Shown: positions 1 to 7,371, counted from the stretch's first letter. The stretch is DNA of 29,678 nucleotides from a virus (IMGVR_UViG_3300050504_000029:1-29678); one strand, 5' to 3'. Notes: a model not told the origin generated them from the letters alone. Translations and numbers: made by a program.

Positions 1-127
1 TCCATCGCAGCGCCGACCGCCGCCGCCCCACCCTCCCCATTGACCTCGATGGCTAGGAGGCATCCTCCGTAGGCGTTGCAGACGGGGAGGACAACGGTGC
101 GGTAGAACCACTCGGGGTCCATGTCGT
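1..127. repeat. Left copy of exact 127-bp terminal overlap (identical to 29552..29678)
   Basis: Base-by-base comparison: tccatcgcagcgccgaccgcc...cactcggggtccatgtcgt is present at both window ends. Confidence 0.97.
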
Positions 128-1190
128 TTCGTTTGCACTGGAAAACTGTGGCCAGATCGGCACGGTCCAGGACCACGAAGGCTGAGTAATCTCCTCCACC
201 GTTGCCGGATGCCGGGTCCCAGATGCCAAGATATGTGTGGCCTGTTTCTCGTGGCCGGTACAACTGCCCCGGACCTTCTGGGTCTTCGACGAGTTCTCCA
301 TGGCTGAATCCTTTCAGTTCTGGTCGAACTTTCTTGGGTTTAGCGCATAACTCCATGGCCCGGATTAGCTTACCGGCGCTGAAAAACATACGATGGCTGA
401 ACGGTGTGAACTTCCCGAACAGTCGGGCATCGCGTTCTAGCTCATCGTACCGTTCGCCACGGCTTTCTATCTGTTTCCGGGACCAGAAGCCGCCGTTTTC
501 GATCAGGGTGTCTTCAGCGCTGAAATTACAGCGGTAGGTACCCCGTATGAACTCCGGGGACTGCTCGTTCCAGAGGCGGTTATAGAGCCAATCGGCACCA
601 TTTAGGGGCGTCAAGGTGACCAGAATCTTCAAAGGCTGCCCCGGAATCTCTCGGATCAGCATTTCGTTGAAGTTTTCCTTCCCGGTCTCCCCTTCTTTGC
701 CCTCGTCGATCCATATGGCGGTGACACCCTCGCCGTAGAAGGCTTCGCGGCCGTCCTGCTGGCCCTTGATGTAGATACGTGAGAAGTAGGGCGGTCCAAG
801 CTCAATCTTGCCTTCCTGCTTCCAGTAGCGCCAGTTTGGGGTGCCGTCTTCCTTCATGGGAAGCATCTCGGAGAGCTTCTGCATGAGGATCGGGCCCTGG
901 TCCTTGATCGAAAGGCAGACGGCCCAGGTAGTGTTCGGGGTCTTGTAGTGCTCGTTTCGGATGGGATTGAAGCCGGTGGCATAGCAGGCGATCTCGAAGG
1001 CTCCCGCTGTGGTCTTCCCGCCTCGGTTGGGCCCGGCCAGGACCCGAACGTCCGCAGAGGACTGGTGCCAGGGGAGGATTGCGGGAACTGCGGTCAGGGG
1101 ATAGATGGTCCAGGGGAAGTTTTTGGCCCTGTAGTCGTACTCAGAGAGGAGATTTAGGTCTTCTTCTGAGAGAGCATGAATTCGGCCCAA
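1..1190 (-). CDS. terL: Terminase large subunit, N-terminal ATPase plus start of nuclease domain (partial in window; continues at 29551 after removing the duplicated 127 bp)
   Basis: The minus frame is open from stop TAG (1214..1212) down to window position 1. It is absent from the ORF track because it runs off the edge. My translation shows Walker A VLAGPNRGGKTT (1008-1043), Walker B AIWIDEG (699-719) and nuclease motif IWDPASGNGGGDYSAFVVLD (165-224). The only in-frame start is TTG 1190..1188, with AGGGGG about 10 nt upstream. Confidence 0.9.
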   Translation of the reverse strand, partial: MGRIHALSEEDLNLLSEYDYRAKNFPWTIYPLTAVPAILPWHQSSADVRVLAGPNRGGKTTAGAFEIACYATGFNPIRNEHYKTPNTTWAVCLSIKDQGPILMQKLSEMLPMKEDGTPNWRYWKQEGKIELGPPYFSRIYIKGQQDGREAFYGEGVTAIWIDEGKEGETGKENFNEMLIREIPGQPLKILVTLTPLNGADWLYNRLWNEQSPEFIRGTYRCNFSAEDTLIENGGFWSRKQIESRGERYDELERDARLFGKFTPFSHRMFFSAGKLIRAMELCAKPKKVRPELKGFSHGELVEDPEGPGQLYRPRETGHTYLGIWDPASGNGGGDYSAFVVLDRADLATVFQCKRNDMDPEWFYRTVVLPVCNAYGGCLLAIEVNGEGGAAAVGAAM

Positions 1191-1354
1191 TCGTTTAGCC
1201 CCCTGGCGAGACTACACAGGTCGCAGCGGTTCTTCACGGGGAACCAGTAGCCTGTCCAGACAGACGCGGTGCCAGTGATGTGGATGGGAATGGATGGATC
1301 TGACGGTCGGTAGGTGACAGCACAGTCTACGCAGGCGAATCGTCTTTCGGGCAT
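1154..1354 (-). CDS. Small zinc-ribbon protein between the TerS-like and TerL genes
   Basis: 66-aa ORF with ATG at 1354. It overlaps the TerS-like stop by 28 nt and the TerL TTG by 37 nt. It has Cys pairs CVDC and CDLC with a His and an Asn between them. Third codon positions are mostly G/C by eye. Confidence 0.5.
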   Translation of the reverse strand: MPERRFACVDCAVTYRPSDPSIPIHITGTASVWTGYWFPVKNRCDLCSLARGLNDWAEFMLSQKKT

Positions 1355-1818
1355 TCCTGGACTACCTCGGCCTCGGCCAGCCGCCTCAAAAGGCCCGCTT
1401 TCTGCCTCTCCCTGAACGTGTTGATGAAGGCCACCGTATGCTCGGGGTCCCCCCCCTGCCTCCGGGCGTCTACCGCGACGTTCACCTGAACTCCGGAAGC
1501 CTGGATCATGGCACCGATCTTGGCCAAAGCCATGAAGGCTGGGGTATCCCTTTCCTCGACCGCCTTGTCCTTCTGGGCCGGTAGGGCCTCAGCGACCGCC
1601 ATGACAGCGTGGGTCTTGAGTATCTCTGCTACCCGCTTGCCCATACGGATATTGCCGCGCCAGTTCTCTACCTGGTCCTCGGCCATCCCTAAGGCCTTGG
1701 CGACCGCTTTTACCTCCGCTCTGTTCCTGAGGCGGCCCGATGCGAACGCTGTGGCCAACCGCTCGAAGGCCTCTGGCTGGAACTCGACCACATCCACGGG
1801 GCGCTTAGCCAGGTCCAT
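1327..1818 (-). CDS. Putative terminase small subunit
   Basis: 163 aa immediately upstream of TerL. It has an HTH-like N-terminal segment RNRAEVKAVAKALGMAEDQVENWRGN followed by a helical region. The call rests on size and position only. Confidence 0.45.
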   Translation of the reverse strand: MDLAKRPVDVVEFQPEAFERLATAFASGRLRNRAEVKAVAKALGMAEDQVENWRGNIRMGKRVAEILKTHAVMAVAEALPAQKDKAVEERDTPAFMALAKIGAMIQASGVQVNVAVDARRQGGDPEHTVAFINTFRERQKAGLLRRLAEAEVVQECPKDDSPA

Positions 1819-2116
1819 TCTTCCACCGATTCATGTAGGCCTCGTGCTCTTCGGGACTGACCTTCCCGCTGTTCACCCTCTCCGCTAGCTGCTCGGCCTC
1901 CCAGAAGCGTTGATTCATCTGCTCCGTCAACGCCTCCTCCTGCTTCTTGTCCGCCTCAGAAAGGGTGTACATGGGGTCGCCCTCTGACGGCGGCGCTTCC
2001 TCTAGGACGGCCGCCTTCCGCTCCAGGTACACTACCACCACCTCTAGGCGTACGGCCAGAGACTCAAGGGTGGTAAGCACCCGGTTCTTTCGGAAGGCGT
2101 CGGTGTCTTTAGTCAT
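1805..2116 (-). CDS. Hypothetical protein (helical, acidic)
   Basis: 103-aa ORF. Its ATG overlaps the upstream stop as ATGA (2116..2113). It is the second gene of the leftward operon. Confidence 0.7.
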   Translation of the reverse strand: MTKDTDAFRKNRVLTTLESLAVRLEVVVVYLERKAAVLEEAPPSEGDPMYTLSEADKKQEEALTEQMNQRFWEAEQLAERVNSGKVSPEEHEAYMNRWKNGPG

Positions 2117-2337
2117 TTGATCCTAACGGCGGGGCCTGGACCAACCCCCCTATTCAGATCGGACCACAACCGCTTCTCCGGTACCTTAGCAGCCTCCCGC
2201 TCCTTCACCAACCCTTCGCAATCAAGGCAGGCCACCTTCCTCTCCTTGAACAAAAAGATCGCCTGACTCCCCTTAGTCATCTTCCTAGCACACAACGCAC
2301 ACCGACCAGGCCACCTCAAACTAATGTACTTCAGCAT
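2113..2337 (-). CDS. Small zinc-ribbon protein, first gene of the leftward (late) operon
   Basis: 74 aa with CALC...CLDC pairs. GGGGGTGAGC lies directly upstream of ATG 2337, and a promoter-like element lies upstream. Confidence 0.7.
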   Translation of the reverse strand: MLKYISLRWPGRCALCARKMTKGSQAIFLFKERKVACLDCEGLVKEREAAKVPEKRLWSDLNRGVGPGPAVRIK

Positions 2338-2364
2338 GGCTCACCCCCAAAGATTCCACTTGAC

Positions 2365-2394
2365 ATTCTACAACAAACTGCTAAAAAGAGTCGA
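2365..2394 (-). promoter_or_regulatory. Sigma70-like leftward promoter (TCGACT-N18-TAGAAT) for the late operon
   Basis: On the minus strand, -35 TCGACT is at 2394..2389 and -10 TAGAAT at 2370..2365. The predicted transcription start is about 20 nt upstream of ATG 2337, with a G-rich SD between them. Confidence 0.4.
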
Positions 2395-2477
2395 GGCTGG
2401 GCGGGGGGCTTGGATGGGAGCCGATGTACTACCTTTCTCTTCGAAGCACCCGAAGGCGCCCTGCTCCACCAAATCTC

Positions 2478-2522
2478 CCCTTGACACACACTCTACTCGT
2501 AGCGCAACCTCCATGTCAAGGG
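2478..2522. promoter_or_regulatory. Inverted repeat CCCTTGACA-N27-TGTCAAGGG; the right arm doubles as -35 of a second leftward promoter (TTGACA-N18-TAGAGT)
   Basis: Left arm 2478-2486 and right arm 2514-2522 are perfect 9-bp reverse complements. On the minus strand TTGACA is at 2519..2514 and TAGAGT at 2495..2490. The 12-mer CCCTTGACACAC recurs at 3216-3227. Confidence 0.4.
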
Positions 2523-2814
2523 AGCGAAGTAACGCCCTTTGGCGGGGACTCGTGATTCCCACTACGGGTCCCTGCTCAGCTAACGCTAGCATCTGAAACG
2601 AAAAGCTAAGGTACGTGTAGGTAATCCACTCCAAGAGCATAGGGAGTAGGGTATACCCCCCGAGGGGGTGACGCCCCTGCTAGCGAAGAGTTGCAGAACA
2701 CATACGGTCAAGGTCCCTGCGTCCCAGTCACGGTCCCCTGTATGGATGAAGAGAGACTCTGTGAGACAAGCTCAGTATAGGTTAGGCCCTGTCACTGAGG
2801 TACCGAAGGGTAGC

Positions 2815-3045
2815 ATGGACAGTGCTGATTCACGGAGTGTGAGGGCGGCGCTTAATAGTAGGCTGAAGCCATGTTACGTGACATTGAGGTTGTTGCCTGA
2901 GGAGTGGCGGTCGTTGCAGAGTTGGGCGGCTAGCCACGATGCGGTGCCTAGCACTCTGTTGACGGCTCTGGTAAGGACTTGGCAGCGTCGGAAGTATCCG
3001 ATCGAGTGGACAGCGAGGCCTCTTGGGAGCGCAGATGGGGATTAA
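2815..3045 (+). CDS. Ribbon-helix-helix (CopG/Arc/Mnt-like) DNA-binding regulator
   Basis: 76 aa from ATG 2815, with GAAGGG 4 nt upstream. The pattern KPCYVTLRLLPEEWRSLQSWAASHDAVPSTLLTALV fits beta-strand, helix, helix. The track ORF 2668..3045 is the same frame with an unlikely GTG extension. Confidence 0.55.
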   Translation: MDSADSRSVRAALNSRLKPCYVTLRLLPEEWRSLQSWAASHDAVPSTLLTALVRTWQRRKYPIEWTARPLGSADGD

Positions 3046-3190
3046 TTCAGCGGCTGCTAGTGAGTTGGCGAAGGTTAGATGGGGCAAGCTTAGTCCTGAA
3101 GAGCGACAGGAACTGATGCGTAGGGCAGCGCACAAGGGATGGACTACCCGCCGTAAAGGGAAGCAGAGTAACAAGAAGCAGCCTTCCTAG
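3035..3190 (+). CDS. Small basic protein (51 aa), below the ORF-track cutoff
   Basis: ATG 3035 is preceded by GGGAG 6 nt upstream and overlaps the RHH gene end by 11 nt. Translation: MGINSAAASELAKVRWGKLSPEERQELMRRAAHKGWTTRRKGKQSNKKQPS. From memory, the LSPEER...AA..W motif occurs in many short phage and plasmid proteins. Confidence 0.5.
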   Translation: MGINSAAASELAKVRWGKLSPEERQELMRRAAHKGWTTRRKGKQSNKKQPS

Positions 3191-3218
3191 TTTTCTTTCC
3201 TTTTCTTCTAACTATCCC

Positions 3219-3247
3219 TTGACACACGCCGATGATTGCGCTATCAT
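3219..3247 (+). promoter_or_regulatory. Strong sigma70-like early promoter (TTGACA-N17-TATCAT) with upstream T/C-rich tract
   Basis: TTGACA 3219-3224, a 17-nt spacer, TATCAT 3242-3247. A pyrimidine- and T-rich tract lies at 3191-3210. Downstream, GGAGG (3281-3285) sits 6 nt before ATG 3292. Confidence 0.6.
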
Positions 3248-3291
3248 ACTCAGTGTAGGGTAGAGGTAAGGCACTAACACGGAGGTTCAAG

Positions 3292-3501
3292 ATGGCGACT
3301 GATGAGACTTGCAACGGTCCTGGGGATGGCCCGGAGATGTGGCGATGTGAGCGCGTGCCATCGGAGACAATCGAGATTTACGGCATGTCTCCCGACTCTA
3401 AGAAGCGCGTTTATGCTGTGCGGGTTTGCTCCAAATGCGCCCGGTGGTTGCGTGAGAACGGCCACATGGCATGGAACTGGAGAACGGCGAGTGCGGATTA
3501 G
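3292..3501 (+). CDS. Small Cys4 zinc-finger protein, first early gene
   Basis: 69 aa with a strong SD. Cysteines at CNG, C-ERV and CSKC. GC3-rich, unlike the overlapping 114-aa alternative frame. Confidence 0.75.
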   Translation: MATDETCNGPGDGPEMWRCERVPSETIEIYGMSPDSKKRVYAVRVCSKCARWLRENGHMAWNWRTASAD

Positions 3502-3627
3502 GTGCTGGCTACAACTCCACCGATGGCAGTATTCGCACACCCCTCCAGACAGGGATTACAGACATTGCTTGTCGTGTGGCAAGTCTCAATTGAAGTGGTG
3601 GGCTGGCGCATATGGTGAAGGGAAGTC

Positions 3628-4212
3628 ATGGTGGGTTTCACAGTGAAGGGCACCGGAGACTTCCTATGTTTCTGTGGCCATGAATGGCTGGACCATGGAA
3701 TGGCTGTAGAGATGGCCGGTGGCCCATGTACCGTGGAGGATTGCGACTGCCACGGGTTCCGTGGAGTGGATGAAGACGGCCCAATGGAGGTTCGCCAAGT
3801 AACCCGCAGCAACGGAGGTCCAATCATGGAACAGATGAAGCCAGGAACGCGGTGCGAGTGTCGGGACTACGATTGTGCCAAGGATGCGCTCTATTCAGAG
3901 GAAGCCCCTCGCCACGAGTGGGCTGGCGCGATCCACGGCAAGGCTCCGCAGTGCTGGAAGAGCGCCGACCGTCTCGTGACGGTGCGGGATGCTTCTGGGA
4001 ACGTGCATCCGGCCTGCGTCACCGTGACAGGTTCGGATCATGTGACCGGAATCGTCGGAATCCCCATGTGCGCCCCTTGCGCCGCATTCCACGAAGCGCG
4101 GGGACGTGACGAGACCGGCATCCATTGCGATTGCGGCAAGCCGAAGCGCAGAGCGGCCATCGCTTGCGATCAATGTCTAGGCCACGACGCGCGGCAGGGG
4201 TTGAAGCCGTGA
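3628..4212 (+). CDS. Cys/His-rich multi-zinc-finger protein
   Basis: 194 aa with GAAGGGA upstream of the ATG. Clusters: CFCGH, CTVEDCDCHG, CECRDYDC, CAPC, CDCG, CDQC. Confidence 0.7.
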   Translation: MVGFTVKGTGDFLCFCGHEWLDHGMAVEMAGGPCTVEDCDCHGFRGVDEDGPMEVRQVTRSNGGPIMEQMKPGTRCECRDYDCAKDALYSEEAPRHEWAGAIHGKAPQCWKSADRLVTVRDASGNVHPACVTVTGSDHVTGIVGIPMCAPCAAFHEARGRDETGIHCDCGKPKRRAAIACDQCLGHDARQGLKP

Positions 4213-4346
4213 GACTCATCCGCTGGCTTCTCCTAGCCCTGCTGTTGCTGGCCGCTGTGTGGGAGCCGGAGTCTGAGGCGGTCCCCTGCTATTCGGCGGA
4301 CGATTGCAGTAACCCACAAGGCTACTTTGATGGAGGTTCCCTGTGA
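4209..4346 (+). CDS. Small hydrophobic (signal/TM) peptide, 45 aa, below the ORF-track cutoff at this start
   Basis: GTG 4209 overlaps the upstream TGA (GTGA). Translation VRLIRWLLLALLLLAAVWEPESEAVPCYSADDCSNPQGYFDGGSL has a Leu-rich TM or signal segment plus two Cys. An alternative ATG at 4173 would add MSRPRRAAGVEA. Confidence 0.5.
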   Translation: MRLIRWLLLALLLLAAVWEPESEAVPCYSADDCSNPQGYFDGGSL

Positions 4347-4534
4347 AGGCGATCTTCACTGATGCCGAGGCTGGAATCCTGTACGAAGCCCAGGGGATTT
4401 TATCCCGCTACCTAGACTCGGTTGAGGGCGTCTATCGCCTTTCTAGGGACGCTCAGGTGGCGGAGACTGCCGAACGGGCTCTACGAGATATCGTTAACCG
4501 TGACGCTGATCGTGCACGGGAGGCCACAAAATGA
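4343..4534 (+). CDS. Hypothetical protein (helical, 63 aa)
   Basis: The GTG start overlaps the upstream TGA (GTGA) and the stop overlaps the next ATG (ATGA). Confidence 0.65.
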   Translation: MKAIFTDAEAGILYEAQGILSRYLDSVEGVYRLSRDAQVAETAERALRDIVNRDADRAREATK

Positions 4535-4722
4535 CAACCGCACAACTAGAAACCCTGCGCGAAGCCATCGCCATGAAAGACATGAGCGTCGAGGACATGC
4601 GCCTCTCCTGTGCCTACGCGCTACAGGAAGCCATGCAAGCGGTGGACTACGGCGACGATAAGTTCGCCCAGGAACGCGCTCAGTACGTCGCGGACGTGCT
4701 TAAATTGCTGGCGAGGCGCTGA
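4531..4722 (+). CDS. Hypothetical protein (63 aa)
   Basis: ATGA overlap upstream and TGATG overlap downstream. Confidence 0.65.
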   Translation: MTTAQLETLREAIAMKDMSVEDMRLSCAYALQEAMQAVDYGDDKFAQERAQYVADVLKLLARR

Positions 4723-4886
4723 TGAAAGAGCGCAAAGATCCGACAGTAGATCAGGTGGATTTCGTTATTAAGATGCTCAAGCGAATAACGATAGGAGCAC
4801 CACTCGATACCATGGAGCGCCTTAGATTCGCCGGATGCTTGCAACTTATGGCGCAACAGGCGGAGCGTGGAGAGTGGCCCAAATGA
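4722..4886 (+). CDS. Hypothetical protein (54 aa), below the ORF-track cutoff
   Basis: I translated ATG 4722 to TGA 4884-4886 codon by codon: MKERKDPTVDQVDFVIKMLKRITIGAPLDTMERLRFAGCLQLMAQQAERGEWPK. It fills an otherwise unexplained gap and is coupled at both ends (TGATG and ATGA). Confidence 0.55.
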   Translation: MKERKDPTVDQVDFVIKMLKRITIGAPLDTMERLRFAGCLQLMAQQAERGEWPK

Positions 4887-5161
4887 CCCCCCGAGAATGG
4901 CACATGCACGCGATCCGTAGCCTAGAACGGGCCATCCTCAACTACGGGCTGGCGAACCAGGCCATGTACGATGCTAGACGCGCCCTAGAGTGCGCCCAGG
5001 AGCCTCTGAGAGCCGAACTTATCTCAGACATAGTCTATGCGCCGTCTGAATTGCCTGGGCACCTCCAGAACCTTCTGAACGTGCTCAACAACGACCCCAT
5101 CCTGGACGAACCCATGGACATCGATTCAGCGGGAGAGGGACCGACAGATGGAACCGAATGA
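4883..5161 (+). CDS. Hypothetical protein (92 aa)
   Basis: Internal ATG of track ORF 4835..5161, forming an ATGA overlap with the preceding gene. Begins MTPREWHMHAIRSLERAILNYG. Confidence 0.65.
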   Translation: MTPREWHMHAIRSLERAILNYGLANQAMYDARRALECAQEPLRAELISDIVYAPSELPGHLQNLLNVLNNDPILDEPMDIDSAGEGPTDGTE

Positions 5162-5351
5162 GAATCCGTTTCAATGCACCCGATGTGGAGCCGATACCAG
5201 CGGCTTCGTGATGCTTTCCGGCCACAATGAACTGTGTAAGGACTGCGCCTTCAAGGAGGACGAGGCCCGCGAGCCAATCGCAGAGGCCGACGCTGCGGAA
5301 CGGTTCGCCCAGGCATGCGAACGGCAAAAGAAAGAACGGGAGGCCAAGTGA
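5148..5351 (+). CDS. Small zinc-ribbon protein
   Basis: 67 aa with CTRC...CKDC pairs and an acidic/basic helical tail. Confidence 0.7.
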   Translation: MEPNENPFQCTRCGADTSGFVMLSGHNELCKDCAFKEDEAREPIAEADAAERFAQACERQKKEREAK

Positions 5352-5545
5352 ACGACGAGAAGTATTACGGTCCCGCATGCCGCTGCAATAGCCGTAGGAC
5401 CGCCAGGGAAGGCCCCAGTGCCCTAAAACGCCGCTGCGCCGACTGCGGAGCCGTCTACGTCTATCGTTTGTTTAACGGGCTCCTGCTGCCCCTAGAACCG
5501 GAGACTGCGAAGGCTCTTGAGGAATCCCAATGTCTGACGCCTTAG
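5348..5545 (+). CDS. Small Cys-rich protein
   Basis: GTG 5348 overlaps the upstream TGA (GTGA). 65 aa with CRC...CADC. Confidence 0.55.
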   Translation: MNDEKYYGPACRCNSRRTAREGPSALKRRCADCGAVYVYRLFNGLLLPLEPETAKALEESQCLTP

Positions 5546-6681
5546 TATTCCGTCCTGGCCACGTATTCAGCCCGGACCAAAAAGACCTCATCAAGCGCAC
5601 CATAGCGCGAGGGGCGACCGACGATGAGTTAGCCCTGTTCCTACACCAGTGCTCGCGTACCGGCCTTGACCCCTTCGCCAGGCAAATCTACGCCATCAAG
5701 CGGTGGGATAGCCGCGAGAAGCGCGAGGTTATGGCCGTCCAGACCTCAATCGACGGCTTCCGACTTGTCGCCCAACGCAGCGCAGAGTATGCGGGTCAGG
5801 TAGGCCCCGAATGGTGCGGCGAAGATGGCCTATGGCTCAATGTGTGGCTGTCGTCCAAGCCCCCGGCAGCGGCAAGAATCGGAGTCTGGCGGAAAGGCTT
5901 CGTTGCTCCGGCATGGGGTGTCGCCAAGTGGGACTCTTACTGCCAACGAAACAAGGACGGCGTACCCATGGGGCTCTGGCCTAAGATGCCCGAGGTGATG
6001 CTAGCTAAATGCGCCGAGGCCCTGGCACTACGCAAGGCGTTCCCCCAGGAACTAAGCGGCCTATACACATCGGACGAAATGGCGCAGGACCGTCCTACCA
6101 GCGTACCCACAGACGCAGAGGTTATCAGCGACGACCTAACACCACTGCTCGAAGCCTCCATAGCGCACGCACAGATGACCAAGGACAGCATAGCTAGGCC
6201 AGAGAAATGCCCCGAGTGCCAATCCGACTGCGGCGTGTATCAGTCAACGCAGGAGAAGCATCTGGGACGGCGGTACCGACAATGCAAATGGGCGCACGAA
6301 GCCATCGAGGAAGCCGTAGCCCACGAAGGATTCACCGTGCAGCAAGCGGCGGCGATGGTATCGAAGCACCGCAGAGAATGGATTAAGGTGGTGCCGTATA
6401 TGGACCCGCCCCGCAAGGCGGCTCAAGGCGCGGCCCCAAAGGCGGAAGAACTTGGACCTCCGACGCCAGAGGAGCCCGCGCCCGATAGAATCGACAGAGA
6501 AATAGCACGCCTGAAAGAGGCTGGCATTGACGCGGAGCGAGTGACGCGAGAAAACAGACCAAGGATCGCCGTGAAGCGTGGGGGCACCCTGAGCACAAAG
6601 GTTGAGGCCACCACAATGTTCGACGCCGAAGCCATCGCCGAGGAAGTACGCCAGAAGCTAGCGAAGGAGATCCACGAATGA
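5530..6681 (+). CDS. recT: RecT/Bet-family single-strand annealing recombinase with a ~200-aa C-terminal extension carrying a Cys cluster
   Basis: Residues ~15-185 carry the family pattern [24 protein letters not shown]...[15 protein letters not shown]...[36 protein letters not shown]. The extension contains CPECQSDC...CKWAH. Confidence 0.85.
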   Translation: MSDALVFRPGHVFSPDQKDLIKRTIARGATDDELALFLHQCSRTGLDPFARQIYAIKRWDSREKREVMAVQTSIDGFRLVAQRSAEYAGQVGPEWCGEDGLWLNVWLSSKPPAAARIGVWRKGFVAPAWGVAKWDSYCQRNKDGVPMGLWPKMPEVMLAKCAEALALRKAFPQELSGLYTSDEMAQDRPTSVPTDAEVISDDLTPLLEASIAHAQMTKDSIARPEKCPECQSDCGVYQSTQEKHLGRRYRQCKWAHEAIEEAVAHEGFTVQQAAAMVSKHRREWIKVVPYMDPPRKAAQGAAPKAEELGPPTPEEPAPDRIDREIARLKEAGIDAERVTRENRPRIAVKRGGTLSTKVEATTMFDAEAIAEEVRQKLAKEIHE

Positions 6682-6875
6682 CCCGCCCGCCCAAGAAGAA
6701 GCGCGGGGTGCGCGTGAAGGTTTGCCGCGAGTTGACGATCTCGGGGAACGATTGTCGGATGCGATACGCAAAGCGGCCTGGTGTGATCTACGACTACGAC
6801 ATGCTGCACCGCGCGGGTCTGCGCCTCAAGCCCGGCGAAACCCGCACCGTGCGGCTGATCGTGGAGGAGGAGTGA
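6678..6875 (+). CDS. Hypothetical basic protein (65 aa)
   Basis: ATGA overlap with the recT stop. KKKR-rich N-terminus. The C-terminal [18 protein letters not shown] is faintly AbrB/MazE-like; I am not confident of that. Confidence 0.6.
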   Translation: MTRPPKKKRGVRVKVCRELTISGNDCRMRYAKRPGVIYDYDMLHRAGLRLKPGETRTVRLIVEEE

Positions 6876-7183
6876 TGGAAGGTCAGTGCCTGTATTGCAC
6901 GTACTTGGGGGTCAGCGGATCGGCTGCGGAGGATACTGTAAAGGTGTTCATGCCGCACGATCTAACGGTGGACGTTCACGTCTGCGCGAGGCACAAGGCC
7001 GAGAAGTCGATCGAGGATATTCGGGATGCCTTCCTTTCGCTGGCCGCGCACGCAAAGATGACCGCGACGGCCCCACCGGCTGACAATGTGAGATGGGCCG
7101 CATATCCATGCCAGTGCGCTCAACCGCAATCGAGCACTTCAATCTACACGTGTGCGAAGTGTGGCGGCAGGATGCGTCCGTGA
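6875..7183 (+). CDS. Cys/His-rich protein (102 aa)
   Basis: Internal ATG of track ORF 6722..7183, forming a TGATG overlap with the upstream gene. Contains CLYC...C-ARH and CQC...CAKCGG. Confidence 0.6.
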   Translation: MEGQCLYCTYLGVSGSAAEDTVKVFMPHDLTVDVHVCARHKAEKSIEDIRDAFLSLAAHAKMTATAPPADNVRWAAYPCQCAQPQSSTSIYTCAKCGGRMRP

Positions 7184-7371
7184 CTGCCTACAAAACACGC
7201 AAGGCTGGCGAGGTTGTCAAGATTGGTCGGTCCGGGACAATCTACAAGATGGCGTGTTGCGATTGCGGCCTAGTCCATACGATCAAGTTCAAGATAGAGG
7301 GTGGCGTCATCTCTTGGCAGGTGTGGCGCAACAACAGGGCGACAGCTGCGATGCGGAGGAAGCGCCCATGA
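7180..7371 (+). CDS. Small protein with CCDC motif (63 aa)
   Basis: GTG 7180 overlaps TGA 7181-7183 (GTGA). The stop overlaps the methyltransferase ATG (ATGA). Confidence 0.5.
   Translation: MTAYKTRKAGEVVKIGRSGTIYKMACCDCGLVHTIKFKIEGGVISWQVWRNNRATAAMRRKRP

Noticed and set aside
53-1157. Track ORFs 53..301(-), 202..537(+), 948..1157(+)
   Set aside because: All lie inside the TerL reading frame, which the track missed because it runs off the window edge. None has motifs or an SD.
2493-2570. tRNA-like candidate: 7-bp helix CTCGTAG/CTACGGG spanning 73 nt, with a GGGGA-loop-TTCCC arm
   Set aside because: The cloverleaf fails. There are six nt instead of two before any D-stem, no proper anticodon stem with a 7-nt loop, a T-loop CTCGTGA lacking the conserved T-psi-C-R-A, and an extra base between the T-stem and acceptor.
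2324-2640. 90-aa ORFs on both strands of the control region (2324..2596 + and 2368..2640 -)
   Set aside because: No SD. Odd composition (Ser/Thr/Pro-rich, or MLLEWITYTYLSFSF). Third-position GC no higher than background. They overlap promoter and repeat elements. Low-level coding cannot be fully excluded.
2668-2814. GTG-initiated 49-aa N-terminal extension of the RHH ORF
   Set aside because: The GTG lies inside the 2655-2669 hairpin and has no SD, and the extension looks non-protein-like. The internal ATG 2815 has GAAGGG upstream and yields a canonical-length RHH.
3302-3646. 114-aa alternative-frame ORF overlapping the first early gene
   Set aside because: The 3292..3501 frame has the SD, a balanced composition and higher GC3. 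Only the distal part of the alternative frame (3491..3646) remains a weak candidate.
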